Source: Myxococcota bacterium
GTDB lineage: Bacteria; Myxococcota_A; UBA9160; UBA6930
Direction of reading: 5' to 3'
Assembly: GCA_965223705.1 (NCBI GenBank)
Contig: OZ245015.1
Coordinates: 96,001 to 160,000 of the forward strand
Length of the DNA: 64,000 nucleotides
This document shows, piece after piece, positions 1-9,847 of this stretch. Position 1 is the stretch's first letter. The number at the start of each line of letters is the position of its first letter. Below the pieces are notes generated by a model. It saw nothing but the letters and a program-made list of their open reading frames with translations. It did not search any database and was not told the DNA's origin. Both the position numbers and the translations under genes were made by a program.

Positions 1-48
1 TGCATTTGCCGACGCTGCGTCTCCGAACACAACCGATAGGAGTCCCCC

Positions 49-1143
49 ATGAAAGCTGCGGTCCTTCACGAGGTCGGAAAGCCGCTCGTCATTGAAGACA
101 TCGAAATCGATCCGCCGAAAGAAGGCGAAGTCGGCGTGAAGATCGCCGCGAGTGGCATCTGCCACAGCGACTATTCCGTCGCTCACGGGGTCTTGTTGTC
201 TCCGCTTCCGGTCGTCCTCGGCCATGAGGCAGCGGGGGTTGTCGAAGCCGTCGGTCCCGGTGTCACCGGACTCGAGGTGGGCGATCACGTCATCGCAGCA
301 CTCTCACCGTCCTGCGATCGCTGCGTCATGTGCGGCGAGAACAAGCCCTTCCTGTGCAGCGAGATGGGCAAAATACTGAGCGAATCCTCCATGCTCGACG
401 GAACGACGCGCCTCCGGCGGGGAACCAACCGCGTGCATCAGATGGCAGGCATCGCGTCCTTCGCCGAGCGCGCGGTCATTCCCGCGGGCGCGGCGATCAA
501 GATCCCGAAAGACGTACCCCTGGAAACCGTGTGCCTGATCGGTTGTGGCGTCACCACGGGCACCGGCGCGGCGCTCAACACGGCCTCGATCCGGCCGGGC
601 GACAGCGTGGCCGTGGTGGGGTGTGGTGGCGTAGGGCTGTCGATCATTCAGGGCGCTCGAATTGCCGGCGCTGAGATTATCGTCGCCGTGGACCCGATCG
701 CCGAAAAACGTGATCTCGCTCTCTCCGTGGGCGCGACCCACGGAGTCGACCCCTTCAACGAAGATGCGCCTCGTGCCGTGAGAAAGATCACCGGCCTGGG
801 CGCGCACCACGCGTTCGAAGCGCTGGGAAAGCTCGAAACCATCGAAGCGGCGTACAAAATGTTGCGGCCGTCGGGCACCGCCGTGGTCGTCGGCATGCCT
901 CCCGTGCGCGAGAGCGTCCCGGTGCGCGTCGGAGGCTTGTTCCTCGAAAAGAAGATCACGGGCTCTGCCTACGGATCCGCAGTTCCACGCCGCGACATCC
1001 CGAAATTCGTCGACTACTACCAGCGGGGAGAGCTCAAGCTCGACGAAATGATCACGCAGCGCATTCCCCTCGAGCGCGTGAACGACGCCTTCGAGGAAAT
1101 GGGGCGCGGCGAAGGCGCACGCTCGGTCATCGTCTACGACTGA
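49..1143 (+). CDS. Zn-dependent alcohol dehydrogenase (MDR superfamily, class III-like)
   Basis: GICHSD and GHEAAG catalytic Zn motifs, CxxCxxC...C structural Zn, GCGGVG Rossmann motif; AGGAG RBS. Confidence 0.93.
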   Translation: MKAAVLHEVGKPLVIEDIEIDPPKEGEVGVKIAASGICHSDYSVAHGVLLSPLPVVLGHEAAGVVEAVGPGVTGLEVGDHVIAALSPSCDRCVMCGENKPFLCSEMGKILSESSMLDGTTRLRRGTNRVHQMAGIASFAERAVIPAGAAIKIPKDVPLETVCLIGCGVTTGTGAALNTASIRPGDSVAVVGCGGVGLSIIQGARIAGAEIIVAVDPIAEKRDLALSVGATHGVDPFNEDAPRAVRKITGLGAHHAFEALGKLETIEAAYKMLRPSGTAVVVGMPPVRESVPVRVGGLFLEKKITGSAYGSAVPRRDIPKFVDYYQRGELKLDEMITQRIPLERVNDAFEEMGRGEGARSVIVYD

Positions 1144-1225
1144 GGTCTCCGGTCAAGCGACTTCCGCAGCTTGCCGAAAAGAACGGGGTGCGAATCTCTG
1201 CGGCTTTGCCGCCCGGAGGCCCCGA

Positions 1226-1792
1226 ATGACCCACGCGCCGCCCGCCGAACGCATCCGCAAACGCGTCCCGTGCGACGTGCGGTTCCGCGAGTCCCATCGT
1301 TCGGGCATGGTCTTGAACCTCTCGAAGAGCGGCCTTTTCGTCCAAACGACCTTGGGCGCGAAACCCGGCGAACCCGTCGAACTGTTTCTCAACGCGCCGA
1401 ACTCACCGGTGGCGATCCCCGTCCGCGCTGAAGTCGTATGGAACCGCGTGGTGAATCCGACCTTCAGGAGCGTGGTACAAGGGGGCTTTGGGGCGAGGAT
1501 CAGCGCCGCCTCCGATGACTACTACGAACTGATCGGCGCTTCTGCCGGCCCGGTGCGCCCGGATCGAGTGATCGCTGCCAGGACTTCGTCGGCGGCGCCC
1601 AGCGCGCGCGAACTCGAAACCCCCGCGGAGAGCTATCGCGTACGGGTGAAGCTCGAGGGGAAGCCGCGCTCCCGCTTCGTCACCGTCTCAGCGGCCAGTG
1701 CCCAGGACGCCGAAAAGCGGGCCCTCGAACGCTTGGGCAAAGGCTGGACCATCCTGTCCGGCGCCGTCCTCGATCCGCCCTCCGACACCTAG
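1226..1792 (+). CDS. PilZ domain-containing protein
   Basis: RxxxR (RIRKR) and NxSxxG (NLSKSG) c-di-GMP-binding motifs, AEVVW strand; extra C-terminal domain. Confidence 0.85.
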   Translation: MTHAPPAERIRKRVPCDVRFRESHRSGMVLNLSKSGLFVQTTLGAKPGEPVELFLNAPNSPVAIPVRAEVVWNRVVNPTFRSVVQGGFGARISAASDDYYELIGASAGPVRPDRVIAARTSSAAPSARELETPAESYRVRVKLEGKPRSRFVTVSAASAQDAEKRALERLGKGWTILSGAVLDPPSDT

Positions 1793-2656
1793 GCCTCTCC
1801 CCTCACGGCGGCGCGCTTGCACGTCGGGCACCCGGCGCAGCCACGCGTTGTTCTCAAACCAAAACGATCGGATTCTCTCGAGGCCTCCGTTCAAGCGCAG
1901 CGCTTCGAGGTAGTTCGCGAGCAAGTTCGCGAGCAGCGTATCTTCGGGCGGAATCGCGATTCCCATCGGTTCGACGGTCAGCGTCTCGTCGAGATACGCG
2001 AGCCCGGCCTCGGGAAACGACAACCGGGCGAACACGCAAGTCTCGTAGTCGGCGACCACCGCATCGACCTTGTCGTCGACCAACAACGCAACGGCCTCGC
2101 TGAGACTCGCCGGCAACACGAGCTGTGCCTGTGGCGCTTCCCGCGCGACGAAGCTCTCTCCTGTCGAACCGGCCAGCGCTGCGAGGCGCAGGGTCGTCTG
2201 ATTGAGGTTGGGATCCTCGCGCATTCGCTCGAGGGTTTCCGTCTTCGTCAGTATGGACTTTCCGGACACGAAATACGGGCCGACGAACGCCGCCCGCCGG
2301 TTGCGACGCGGTGTGATGGTCATCCCCGACATCACCACGTCGACGTCTCCCGCTTCGAGGGCGTTCAGCAGGCGGGAGAAAGGGCGCTCCACGAAGGTCG
2401 CTTTCACACCGAGGTTCTGAGCCAGGACTTCTAGGATTGCGATCTCGAACCCGAGCCACTCGCCGTTGGACGTGACGAAGTTCATGGGCAGTTGATCGCC
2501 GCTCATGCCGACTCGCAACTCGCCGGATGACATCACGCGCGACAGACCGCGTTTCGGTTCGGGCGGAGGCTCGGGGGCCGCACCGCGGTAACGGCCGCCG
2601 AATTGGCACGCGGCGAAGCCAAGGCATAGAACTGCGACGAGAAGCCGGTGTGCCAC
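1688..2656 (-). CDS. Amino-acid ABC transporter substrate-binding lipoprotein (family 3)
   Basis: Lipobox FAAC; GELRVG, GDVDVVMSGMTITPRR motifs; C-terminal ~35 aa overlap the PilZ gene and may be a frameshift extension. Confidence 0.88.
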   Translation of the reverse strand: MAHRLLVAVLCLGFAACQFGGRYRGAAPEPPPEPKRGLSRVMSSGELRVGMSGDQLPMNFVTSNGEWLGFEIAILEVLAQNLGVKATFVERPFSRLLNALEAGDVDVVMSGMTITPRRNRRAAFVGPYFVSGKSILTKTETLERMREDPNLNQTTLRLAALAGSTGESFVAREAPQAQLVLPASLSEAVALLVDDKVDAVVADYETCVFARLSFPEAGLAYLDETLTVEPMGIAIPPEDTLLANLLANYLEALRLNGGLERIRSFWFENNAWLRRVPDVQARRREGRGLGVGGRIEDGAGQDGPAFAQAFEGPLFGVLGTGR

Positions 2657-2661
2657 AGTGA

Positions 2662-3429
2662 CTACAGGTGGCGACCTCCATCGAGAACCAGATTCTGTCC
2701 CGTCATGAAGGACGACGCCTCGCTCGCGAGGAACACCACGGCGCCGACCATTTCGTCCGGCAGCCCGATCCTGCGAAGTGCCGAGTTTCCGACGAGATCC
2801 TTCACGATGGCCTCACTCTCCCAGAGCGCCCTTGAGAACTCGGTCTTGATGAGCCCCGGAGAAATCGTGTTCACCCGGATCCCTTCTTTGCCCCAGGTCT
2901 TCGCGCACACCTGCGTCAGCATGTTGAGCGCGGACTTCGAGACGGAGTAGCCGCCGATCACATCGCTCGCCTGAAGTCCGCCAAGCGAGCTCACGTTGAT
3001 GATGCTCCCGCCATCGCCGTGCTTCAGCATGGCCTCGCGCGCGAACTTCGAGAGGAAGTGGATCGCTTTCACGTTCGTGTTCATCAACGCGTCAAACGCG
3101 CGCTCGTCGATGTCCTGCACCGGCCCGAACACCGGGTTCGTCCCGGCGTTGTTCACGAGCACATCGAGTCGACCGAGCTCCGTAACGGTTTGATTGACAA
3201 GGTTCTCGAGCTCGTCGAGCTTTCGAACGTTTGTGGGAACCGCGATCGCTTTCTGGCCCGTCGCGCGCACTTCCGCCGCGGCCTCCTCGAGATCCTCGGG
3301 CTTTCGAGCGGCGATCGCGACGTCGGCTCCGGCTTCCGCGAGACCGACACAAATGGAACGACCGATCCCGCGGCTTCCGCCGGTGACGATGGCGACCTTC
3401 CCGGCGAGTGAGAAATCGGCTTTGGGCAT
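2662..3429 (-). CDS. SDR family oxidoreductase
   Basis: TGGSRGIG, NNAG, YSVSK catalytic motif. Confidence 0.95.
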   Translation of the reverse strand: MPKADFSLAGKVAIVTGGSRGIGRSICVGLAEAGADVAIAARKPEDLEEAAAEVRATGQKAIAVPTNVRKLDELENLVNQTVTELGRLDVLVNNAGTNPVFGPVQDIDERAFDALMNTNVKAIHFLSKFAREAMLKHGDGGSIINVSSLGGLQASDVIGGYSVSKSALNMLTQVCAKTWGKEGIRVNTISPGLIKTEFSRALWESEAIVKDLVGNSALRRIGLPDEMVGAVVFLASEASSFMTGQNLVLDGGRHL

Positions 3430-3468
3430 GAGGAACTCCTTCTTTCGAGCCAGGATAACGCTTCGCTG

Positions 3469-3846
3469 CTACTGCGGCGCCTCGGCGATGCAGTCGATCT
3501 CGACCGCTGCGGAGAGGGCGAGATCGACCCCGCCCACGGTGATTCGCGCCGCGCTGCCTTCACCCATCACACCGATGTAGGCCTCGTTCATTTCGCCGAA
3601 CGTCGACAAGTCGCTGAGGAAGACGTTCACTTTCGCGACGTCCGCGAGGCCGGCGCCGTTCGCTTCGAGGATGCGCTCGATGTTGCGGAGGGTTTGCTCG
3701 GTTTCGGGCCCTGTGCCGCCGGGCGCGAGCGTCCCTTTTTCATCGATGGTGCCGAGGGTCCCGGAAACGAAGATCAGATTTCCGACGCGCGTCGCGTGGC
3801 AGAACGCGGGTAGACGAACGAGGCCGGGTACGTTGGTGCGAGTCAC
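3469..3846 (-). CDS. RidA/YjgF family protein
   Basis: IFVSG, MNEAY, AR, VEIDCIA motifs; GTG start after AAGGA RBS. Confidence 0.9.
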   Translation of the reverse strand: MTRTNVPGLVRLPAFCHATRVGNLIFVSGTLGTIDEKGTLAPGGTGPETEQTLRNIERILEANGAGLADVAKVNVFLSDLSTFGEMNEAYIGVMGEGSAARITVGGVDLALSAAVEIDCIAEAPQ

Positions 3847-3856
3847 TGTGGATTCC

Positions 3857-4570
3857 TTACGTATTGTGAGGTTGAGTCCGGAAGAGGCCGACAAGAGCGA
3901 GGCCCGCGAGGAACCCCCCGATGTGGGCCCAGAAAGCGACCCCGCCGCCGGCGGTGGCCAAGCTCGGCAAGCCGCCGAGCACCTGCAGGACGAACCAATA
4001 ACCGAGCATGAGAAACGCCGGCACCGAGACCGTCGTCACGTAGAAGCCGAGGATCAGCAGTGTGTCGACGCGTTGCCTCGGGTGGAGTCGGAGATACGCG
4101 CCCATGACGCCGCCGATCGCGCCGGATGCACCCACCATCGGGATTGCGCTGTCCGGGTCGGTCATCACCTGCGCGCCGGCGGCGGCGAGACCGCAGAGCA
4201 GATAGAAGACGACGAAGCCGCCGCGCGTCATCGCGTCTTCTACGTTGTCTCCGAATACCCACAAGAACCACATGTTGCCGAGCAGGTGGAACCAGCCACC
4301 GTGCATGAACATCGACGAGATGGGTGTGAACCAGCTCCCCGAGCCGTCCAGCCGACACTGGGTTTGCGGGCCGACATCGATCACCGCGTCGAGTGGAAGC
4401 AAGCGGAGAAATTCGCCCGGGATCAGCGCAAAGTGGCAAAGCGAGGCCGCGAGCGAGGCGCTGCTGCCGTAGCCCTGGAGGAGGAACCACGCCGCGAGGT
4501 TTGCGGCGACGATCGCCCAGGTCGTCACAGGCTTCCGTCGGGTCGGATTGCGGTCGCGAAGAGGGAACAA
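3857..4570 (-). CDS. Rhomboid family intramembrane serine protease
   Basis: HGGWFHLLGNM, GASG, AHIGG motifs; multiple TM segments. Confidence 0.95.
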   Translation of the reverse strand: MFPLRDRNPTRRKPVTTWAIVAANLAAWFLLQGYGSSASLAASLCHFALIPGEFLRLLPLDAVIDVGPQTQCRLDGSGSWFTPISSMFMHGGWFHLLGNMWFLWVFGDNVEDAMTRGGFVVFYLLCGLAAAGAQVMTDPDSAIPMVGASGAIGGVMGAYLRLHPRQRVDTLLILGFYVTTVSVPAFLMLGYWFVLQVLGGLPSLATAGGGVAFWAHIGGFLAGLALVGLFRTQPHNT

Positions 4571-4662
4571 GGAGGCCTAGCCTTTTGCAGGAAGAGGGAA
4601 CAAGAGATCCTCACCCTAACACGAGGTGGCGACCCACCGCGGTCCTCGGTACCTCCTCGGGT

Positions 4663-5016
4663 ATGAGCGAATCACTCGTCTCCAAGATCGGCATGATCAT
4701 CCACCCGGTCGACGACCTCGACGCCGCCGCCCGCTTCTTCAGCGAGGGGCTCGGGCTCGAAGAGGCGTTTCGCGACGGCGACCGTTTCTGCGCGTTCTCC
4801 GTCGGCGGCGTCATGATCGCGCTGGCAGCTGGAGAAGAACGGCTGGCCAACGCGACGGCCGTTTCGTTCAAGGTCGACGACGTTCCGGCCACCGTTTCGA
4901 GACTCGAGGCGGCCGGCGCCACGGTGCTGCGCGCGCCCGAGGAGGGGCCGCACGAAATTCGCGCGGTTCTGCGCGACCCGTCGGGCAACCCGGTCATCGT
5001 CTATTCCGGCAAGTAG
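4663..5016 (+). CDS. VOC/glyoxalase family protein
   Basis: VDDLDAAARFF...GL, FKVDD, DPSGN motifs; ATG at 4663 in frame of the 4393 ORF. Confidence 0.88.
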   Translation: MSESLVSKIGMIIHPVDDLDAAARFFSEGLGLEEAFRDGDRFCAFSVGGVMIALAAGEERLANATAVSFKVDDVPATVSRLEAAGATVLRAPEEGPHEIRAVLRDPSGNPVIVYSGK

Positions 5017-5028
5017 GCCGCCCGCGAG

Positions 5029-6243
5029 CTACGCGTAGTCCGGCACCTCGAGCTTCGGCCAGACGTGCGTCATGAAGGCTTCGAGCTCTTCGATGACTTC
5101 TTCTTTCGGGTTCTGCGCGTAGTGCCAGATGAGCGTGATGTATTCCGCCGGCACCTGATCGTAGATGTCCTGCCACGCCTTGATCGACTGTTCGACCGTA
5201 CCCCCGATAAAGACACCCGAGCCCTTCATGTTCTCGACCCAGTCGGTGTCGGGCTCCTGGGGGAACTGCGGGAAGAAAGGACCGTAGAAGTTCTTGTAGA
5301 TGTCGAGGTCGTACTCGACGAGCTTGCGGTCGTAGTCGAGCTCGGATTCACAGATGTGCGGCCAGCGCACGATGTTCTGGTTCTGGCCGAGCTTCATCTT
5401 GCGACCGAACTTCTCGCTCTCTTCGACGTAGACGTGGGCGTTTTTCACGATGCCGTCGAGCTGCATGAAGTACACGGGAATGAAGTTGTGCTTCGCGCAG
5501 AAGCGGATCGAATCGACACTCTTGCTCGCCGCGACCATCACCGGAGGATGCGGATCCTGATACGGCTTGGGGACGACGCAGATCTTCCGCACGTTCCCGT
5601 CGGCGTCGATCTCGCCGTGCCCGCCCGCTTCGGAGGCGATCCGGTTGGCGGGGTAGCCGACGACGCCGGTGTCGTGAGGGAACGGCGCTTCGTAGAACTC
5701 GCCCTTCAGATCGACCTCGTCCTTCGTCCAGCACTCGAGCAGCATCTCCGCCCGCTCTTCGAAGATCTTGCGATTCCGCTCGTCGTTCTCGCTGCCGTCG
5801 GAAACCGTCGCCGGCGTCTCGGTCCACTGGCCGAGGATGTTGGCCCAGCGCGACTGATAGCCCCGCGCCATGCCGACGAAGTAGCGGCCCTTCGTAATAT
5901 GATCGAGGATCGCCGTTTCCTCAGCGACGCGGATCGGATCTTGCGTCGCCATGACGTAGCCCAGTGCGCCGACGTGCATGCGCTTGAGCTGCCCCGCCCA
6001 CCACGCGTTCAGCACGCCCGGATTCGGCCCGACTTCGTAGCCCTCGGAGTGCAGGTGGTGCTCGATGGTGGAGAAGCCCCAGACCCCGAGCTCCTCCGCT
6101 GCGTGCGCGATGTCCATCCAGCCGTGGAGCGCGTCGTGGTACAGATCGGCATTGCGGCCGATCGGCCGCATCGCCTTGCGCCCCTCCTCGCCTTCCGCCG
6201 GAATCATGGGGTAGAGCTGAATGATGACCTTGGGGCGCGCCAT
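5029..6243 (-). CDS. LLM class flavin-dependent oxidoreductase (luciferase-like)
   Basis: EHH motif, PIRVAEETAILDH, GRYFVGMARGYQ, PKPYQDPHPP. Confidence 0.92.
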   Translation of the reverse strand: MARPKVIIQLYPMIPAEGEEGRKAMRPIGRNADLYHDALHGWMDIAHAAEELGVWGFSTIEHHLHSEGYEVGPNPGVLNAWWAGQLKRMHVGALGYVMATQDPIRVAEETAILDHITKGRYFVGMARGYQSRWANILGQWTETPATVSDGSENDERNRKIFEERAEMLLECWTKDEVDLKGEFYEAPFPHDTGVVGYPANRIASEAGGHGEIDADGNVRKICVVPKPYQDPHPPVMVAASKSVDSIRFCAKHNFIPVYFMQLDGIVKNAHVYVEESEKFGRKMKLGQNQNIVRWPHICESELDYDRKLVEYDLDIYKNFYGPFFPQFPQEPDTDWVENMKGSGVFIGGTVEQSIKAWQDIYDQVPAEYITLIWHYAQNPKEEVIEELEAFMTHVWPKLEVPDYA

Positions 6244-6359
6244 GACGTCTCCTGCGAGCTCTCCCGGGGGAACAGCTCGCTCTCGTGTCGAAGATTCACC
6301 GGGCTCGGGGCCGGTCCGGTCGAGGATACGGCTCCTCGACCCGGGGGGTCAATCCGTGC

Positions 6360-7106
6360 CTACGCGCCGAGGGGGTGGATCGCGGCGAGCACGATCATGG
6401 CGTTGTAGCCGGTGTGGACGGCCACGGGGGCCAGGAGACCACCCGTTCGCCAACGGGCGAAAGAGAGAAGCAGCGCGAGCCCCGCGATCGCTACGGTGGC
6501 GGGCGGGAAGCCGGCTGTCTCCGGGAGATGCGCGGCCGTGAAAACGATGGCGACGATTCCCGACGCCAGAAGGGCCCCACAGCGAGACGCGAGAGCCCCC
6601 CACAGCACGCCCCGGAACACGAATTCCTCGATCCAGGGGGCCAGGGCCAAGGCGAGAAGAATCCAGGCGGCACGGGGCCAACCGTCGGCTTCGCCGGGCG
6701 CCAGGCTGGCGATTTCGCCGCCGACCACGCCATCCCGGACGTATCCGAGGTAGGCCACCCCGAACGCGATTCCGAGGGCGAGGTAGACCAGGCAGCGATC
6801 GACGGGAATTTCCCACGAAGCGGATTCCCACGGAGCGCCCTCCGGACCCTCCCAGCGGTGTCGGCTCGCAAGCCACGCGGTCGCGAGACCGGCGAAGCCA
6901 AAACCCACGAGCGAACCCAGAGGCCCCGCGAAACGGACCAGTTCGAGGCGTGCGCCGGGCCCGAGCGACAGATCCTGGAATGCGAAGGAGAGGCCGGCAA
7001 AGGTTCCAACCAAAACCGCCGCCACGAACTGCACCAGGTAGAAGACCCCGAGCAGGCCGGCCGCCCGTGCGGGCCCGAGCGCAGGTGAATGCGGTTGAGG
7101 CGCCAT
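6360..7106 (-). CDS. CPBP (CAAX protease-like) intramembrane metalloprotease
   Basis: EEFVFRG, FxxxH, HxxxN motifs; hydrophobic helices. Confidence 0.85.
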   Translation of the reverse strand: MAPQPHSPALGPARAAGLLGVFYLVQFVAAVLVGTFAGLSFAFQDLSLGPGARLELVRFAGPLGSLVGFGFAGLATAWLASRHRWEGPEGAPWESASWEIPVDRCLVYLALGIAFGVAYLGYVRDGVVGGEIASLAPGEADGWPRAAWILLALALAPWIEEFVFRGVLWGALASRCGALLASGIVAIVFTAAHLPETAGFPPATVAIAGLALLLSFARWRTGGLLAPVAVHTGYNAMIVLAAIHPLGA

Positions 7107-7136
7107 TCACCACGCTTCGGTCGATGGAGCGCGGCC

Positions 7137-7727
7137 CTAAAGGCCGCCCCACATCACGCGCGCGAACACGGCAAAAGTGAGGAGGCATACGGTTGACGCC
7201 GCGGCGACCCGCCGTCCACCCAGCTCGGGGAAAGCGCGCGCCAACCAGACGCCGGCCCCCGAGAAAATGATGAGCTCCGCGGTGCTCACCCAGTCGCCGT
7301 GGAACCGGGGATCCCAGTACGAAATGGGGCTCGCGAAACGGAAGTCCGAAAGCGGCCAGAAGTGGCGGTGCGCATCGTCGTGGTGCGTCGCGAAATCGGT
7401 CGCCGCGTGAAGTGCCATCGCCGCGAACAGCGCCAGCGCGCGCGGGGCCCTGCGCGCCCACGCGATGCTTGCTCCAAAGGCGATGAGGGGAAGCGAATTC
7501 GGTGCGTCGAAGCCCCACTGCCATCCGGGGTTGAAGTAGCGATCCGACCAGATGACGCTTTCCGGCGTCCCCGAAATCTTGTGGAACGCGTAGAAGAACC
7601 ACATCGGCGCGTCGGGCAATAGCGAACCGGCGGTGATGGCGGGCCACAGAGCGGCGTCGCCGGGCCGACGGAAACGACCCGGCCACAAGAGGGCGAACGC
7701 GGCGAGCACGTGGGAAGGTGTGGTCAG
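7137..7727 (-). CDS. Membrane-bound metal-dependent hydrolase-like protein; possible CTG start at 7727 (first GTG at 7709)
   Basis: TPSH...LLPD...HxxxD...THHDDAH...WPLS motif set typical of YdjM-like membrane hydrolases. Confidence 0.7.
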   Translation of the reverse strand: MTTPSHVLAAFALLWPGRFRRPGDAALWPAITAGSLLPDAPMWFFYAFHKISGTPESVIWSDRYFNPGWQWGFDAPNSLPLIAFGASIAWARRAPRALALFAAMALHAATDFATHHDDAHRHFWPLSDFRFASPISYWDPRFHGDWVSTAELIIFSGAGVWLARAFPELGGRRVAAASTVCLLTFAVFARVMWGGL

Positions 7728-7739
7728 AAGACCCGACCC

Positions 7740-8093
7740 TTATTCGAGCGTGACGAACACGGAGACCCGGGGCTCGTCGCTCGTCGCGCGACTGATGTGC
7801 CCGCGACCTGTGGTGTCTTCGGCGAGAAAGATGTCGCCCGCTTCAAAGCGGCGTTTCGAGCCGTCGCCGACTTCGATCTCGACGCCACCCCCGGACAAGA
7901 TCAGGATGTATTGGCGCCGCGGCGCGTTGTGCCAATCGTAGTCGTAGTCGGGTCCCGTCGTCCGAAAGATCACGCCTTTGGCTTCTTGCAATTCGGACAT
8001 CATGCCGACCATGCCGTGGTCGCGAAGCGGAATATCGATGTCTTCGAAATGCGATTCGCCGTCGTCTCCAGTGTAGATACGTGTCGCTTTCAT
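7740..8093 (-). CDS. Cupin domain protein
   Basis: WHNAPRRQY, AEDTTGRGH motifs. Confidence 0.85.
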   Translation of the reverse strand: MKATRIYTGDDGESHFEDIDIPLRDHGMVGMMSELQEAKGVIFRTTGPDYDYDWHNAPRRQYILILSGGGVEIEVGDGSKRRFEAGDIFLAEDTTGRGHISRATSDEPRVSVFVTLE

Positions 8094-8114
8094 TGTCTCC
8101 CCTGTGCGACGAGC

Positions 8115-9323
8115 TCACGCTCCGTGGACGACGCCCGCCTCGCGGAGGGAAGCGATGCGTTTGGCGTCGTAGCCCAGACCCTCGAGAATGGAACGGCTGT
8201 GTTCGCCGAGCTCGGGGGGCGGCAGCGGTTGCTGTTTCGGATGATCGCGCAACTCGATGGGGCTGTTGACGACTCGGGTACCGGGCTGTCCCTCGACTTC
8301 GAGGAAGACCCCGTTGGTCTCCATCTGGGAGTCGTAGGGGACTTCGTCGATGGTTGCGATCTGGCCGAATGTGATGGCGTGATCATCGAGAATCTTCTGC
8401 CATTCGGGCCACGTCCGTTCCAAGAACCGAGCCGAGAGTATCTGAGCCAACTCCGCGGCGTTCTCCCGCCGCTTCTCGATGGGAGCGAACCGGGGGTCCT
8501 CTGCGAGCTCCGGCAGGCCGATCGCCTGGCAGAACTGCGTGAACTCGGTCGCTTCCTTCACCATCACGAGAAAGAACGAGCGACCGTCCTTCGTCCGGTA
8601 GTGATTGACCATCGCGTTCGGGCTGTGCGCCTGGGTGGGAGGCACGTAGGTCGAGCCGCCGCAGAGCGCTGCCTGGATGAGAATGCTGTTCGACCACGCG
8701 CCGTTCGCCATGAGCGAAGTCGACACTTTGGTGCCCTTGCCGGTCTTCTCGCGCGCATAGAGTGCGAGCGCAATGCCGCCGAAGATCGTCATCGCGCTCG
8801 GGTGGTCGCCCATCCCCGCCGTCGAGAGCGCCATTTCGCCTTCCGCCGGCCGCACGGCATCCATCAAGCCCGTGCGCGCCCACCAGGCGGTCGCGTCGTA
8901 GCCCGGTTTCTCGGCGTCGCTTCCGATCTCGCCGTAGCCCGTGCCGTGCGCATAGATCAACCGGTCGTTGACCGCCGACACGTCCTCGTAGCGAATCCGC
9001 AGCTCGTCGAGAACCGACGGGTGGTAGTTCGTGATGAAGATGTCGGCATCCCGGGCGAGGTCGAGCAGGACGTCGCGCCCCTCGTCGCGCTTCAGGTCGA
9101 GCACCAGGCTTTTCTTGTTGCGGCTGTCGAGCATCCAGCAGTAGTTGTCCTCGCATTCGGGCAAGGGCTTCAGGCTGGGGAGCAAGCGATAGGGGTCGCC
9201 GATACCCGGCGGTTCGACGTGGATCACTTCCGCTCCGAAATCCGAAAGCACGGTTCCGGCTGCCGGTGCGAACACGAACGTCGCGACTTCAATGACCTTG
9301 AGTCCTTCGAGCAAACCCGCCAT
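8115..9323 (-). CDS. CaiB/BaiF family CoA transferase (family III)
   Basis: GAEVIHVEPPG.GD, RNKKSLVLDLK, GYD catalytic Asp, PELGEH. Confidence 0.95.
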   Translation of the reverse strand: MAGLLEGLKVIEVATFVFAPAAGTVLSDFGAEVIHVEPPGIGDPYRLLPSLKPLPECEDNYCWMLDSRNKKSLVLDLKRDEGRDVLLDLARDADIFITNYHPSVLDELRIRYEDVSAVNDRLIYAHGTGYGEIGSDAEKPGYDATAWWARTGLMDAVRPAEGEMALSTAGMGDHPSAMTIFGGIALALYAREKTGKGTKVSTSLMANGAWSNSILIQAALCGGSTYVPPTQAHSPNAMVNHYRTKDGRSFFLVMVKEATEFTQFCQAIGLPELAEDPRFAPIEKRRENAAELAQILSARFLERTWPEWQKILDDHAITFGQIATIDEVPYDSQMETNGVFLEVEGQPGTRVVNSPIELRDHPKQQPLPPPELGEHSRSILEGLGYDAKRIASLREAGVVHGA

Positions 9324-9338
9324 CTCAACTCCTTCTTG

Positions 9339-9824
9339 CTACGCGTCTCCGCCATCGGAACGAAGCGCAGTACTCGTTTGTGGAAAACCTCGGGCGAGCG
9401 GTCCGCGGAGCGGGCCACGGCGCGTTTCCTGAGCACCGATTTTCAGCGCTCGCAAGACGGTGCTCCGCTGGGAAGCGTCGAGTCCTTCGGCGACGGTCGC
9501 GAAGGCCGCATCGCCTGTTCGACCCAAGAGTTCGATCAACACGATCGCGTGGTGGGTGAACGCCGACCCTTCGAGTTCGTCGCTGAATACGAGGAGAGCC
9601 CGAAGCGATCCGCTCTCGCCGCCTTCTGCCTGGGCCAAGTTTCGCAGATACTCGAACCCGGCCTCTTCCGCGACGCGCAACACCGTGCGATCGACCCAGA
9701 TCCCGGTGGTCGTGCGCACCATCGCCGGCGGCGCACGCTCTTCCCGCTCGCACGCGACGACCGCGCCGAAGAAGAGGATCGCCCACAACACGGCCAAGGG
9801 ACGGGCGTTCGAAAATTGTCGCAT
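9339..9824 (-). CDS. Hypothetical lipoprotein
   Basis: Signal peptide with VVAC lipobox; fills the gap between neighbours. Confidence 0.55.
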   Translation of the reverse strand: MRQFSNARPLAVLWAILFFGAVVACEREERAPPAMVRTTTGIWVDRTVLRVAEEAGFEYLRNLAQAEGGESGSLRALLVFSDELEGSAFTHHAIVLIELLGRTGDAAFATVAEGLDASQRSTVLRALKIGAQETRRGPLRGPLARGFPQTSTALRSDGGDA

Positions 9825-9847
9825 GGTCCGGAGCGAAGGCGAAGCGC

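Noticed and set aside
49..1143. Calling the ADH frmA, partner of fghA
   Set aside because: The motifs fit a general class III-like Zn-ADH and it lies about 62 kb from fghA; no specific support.
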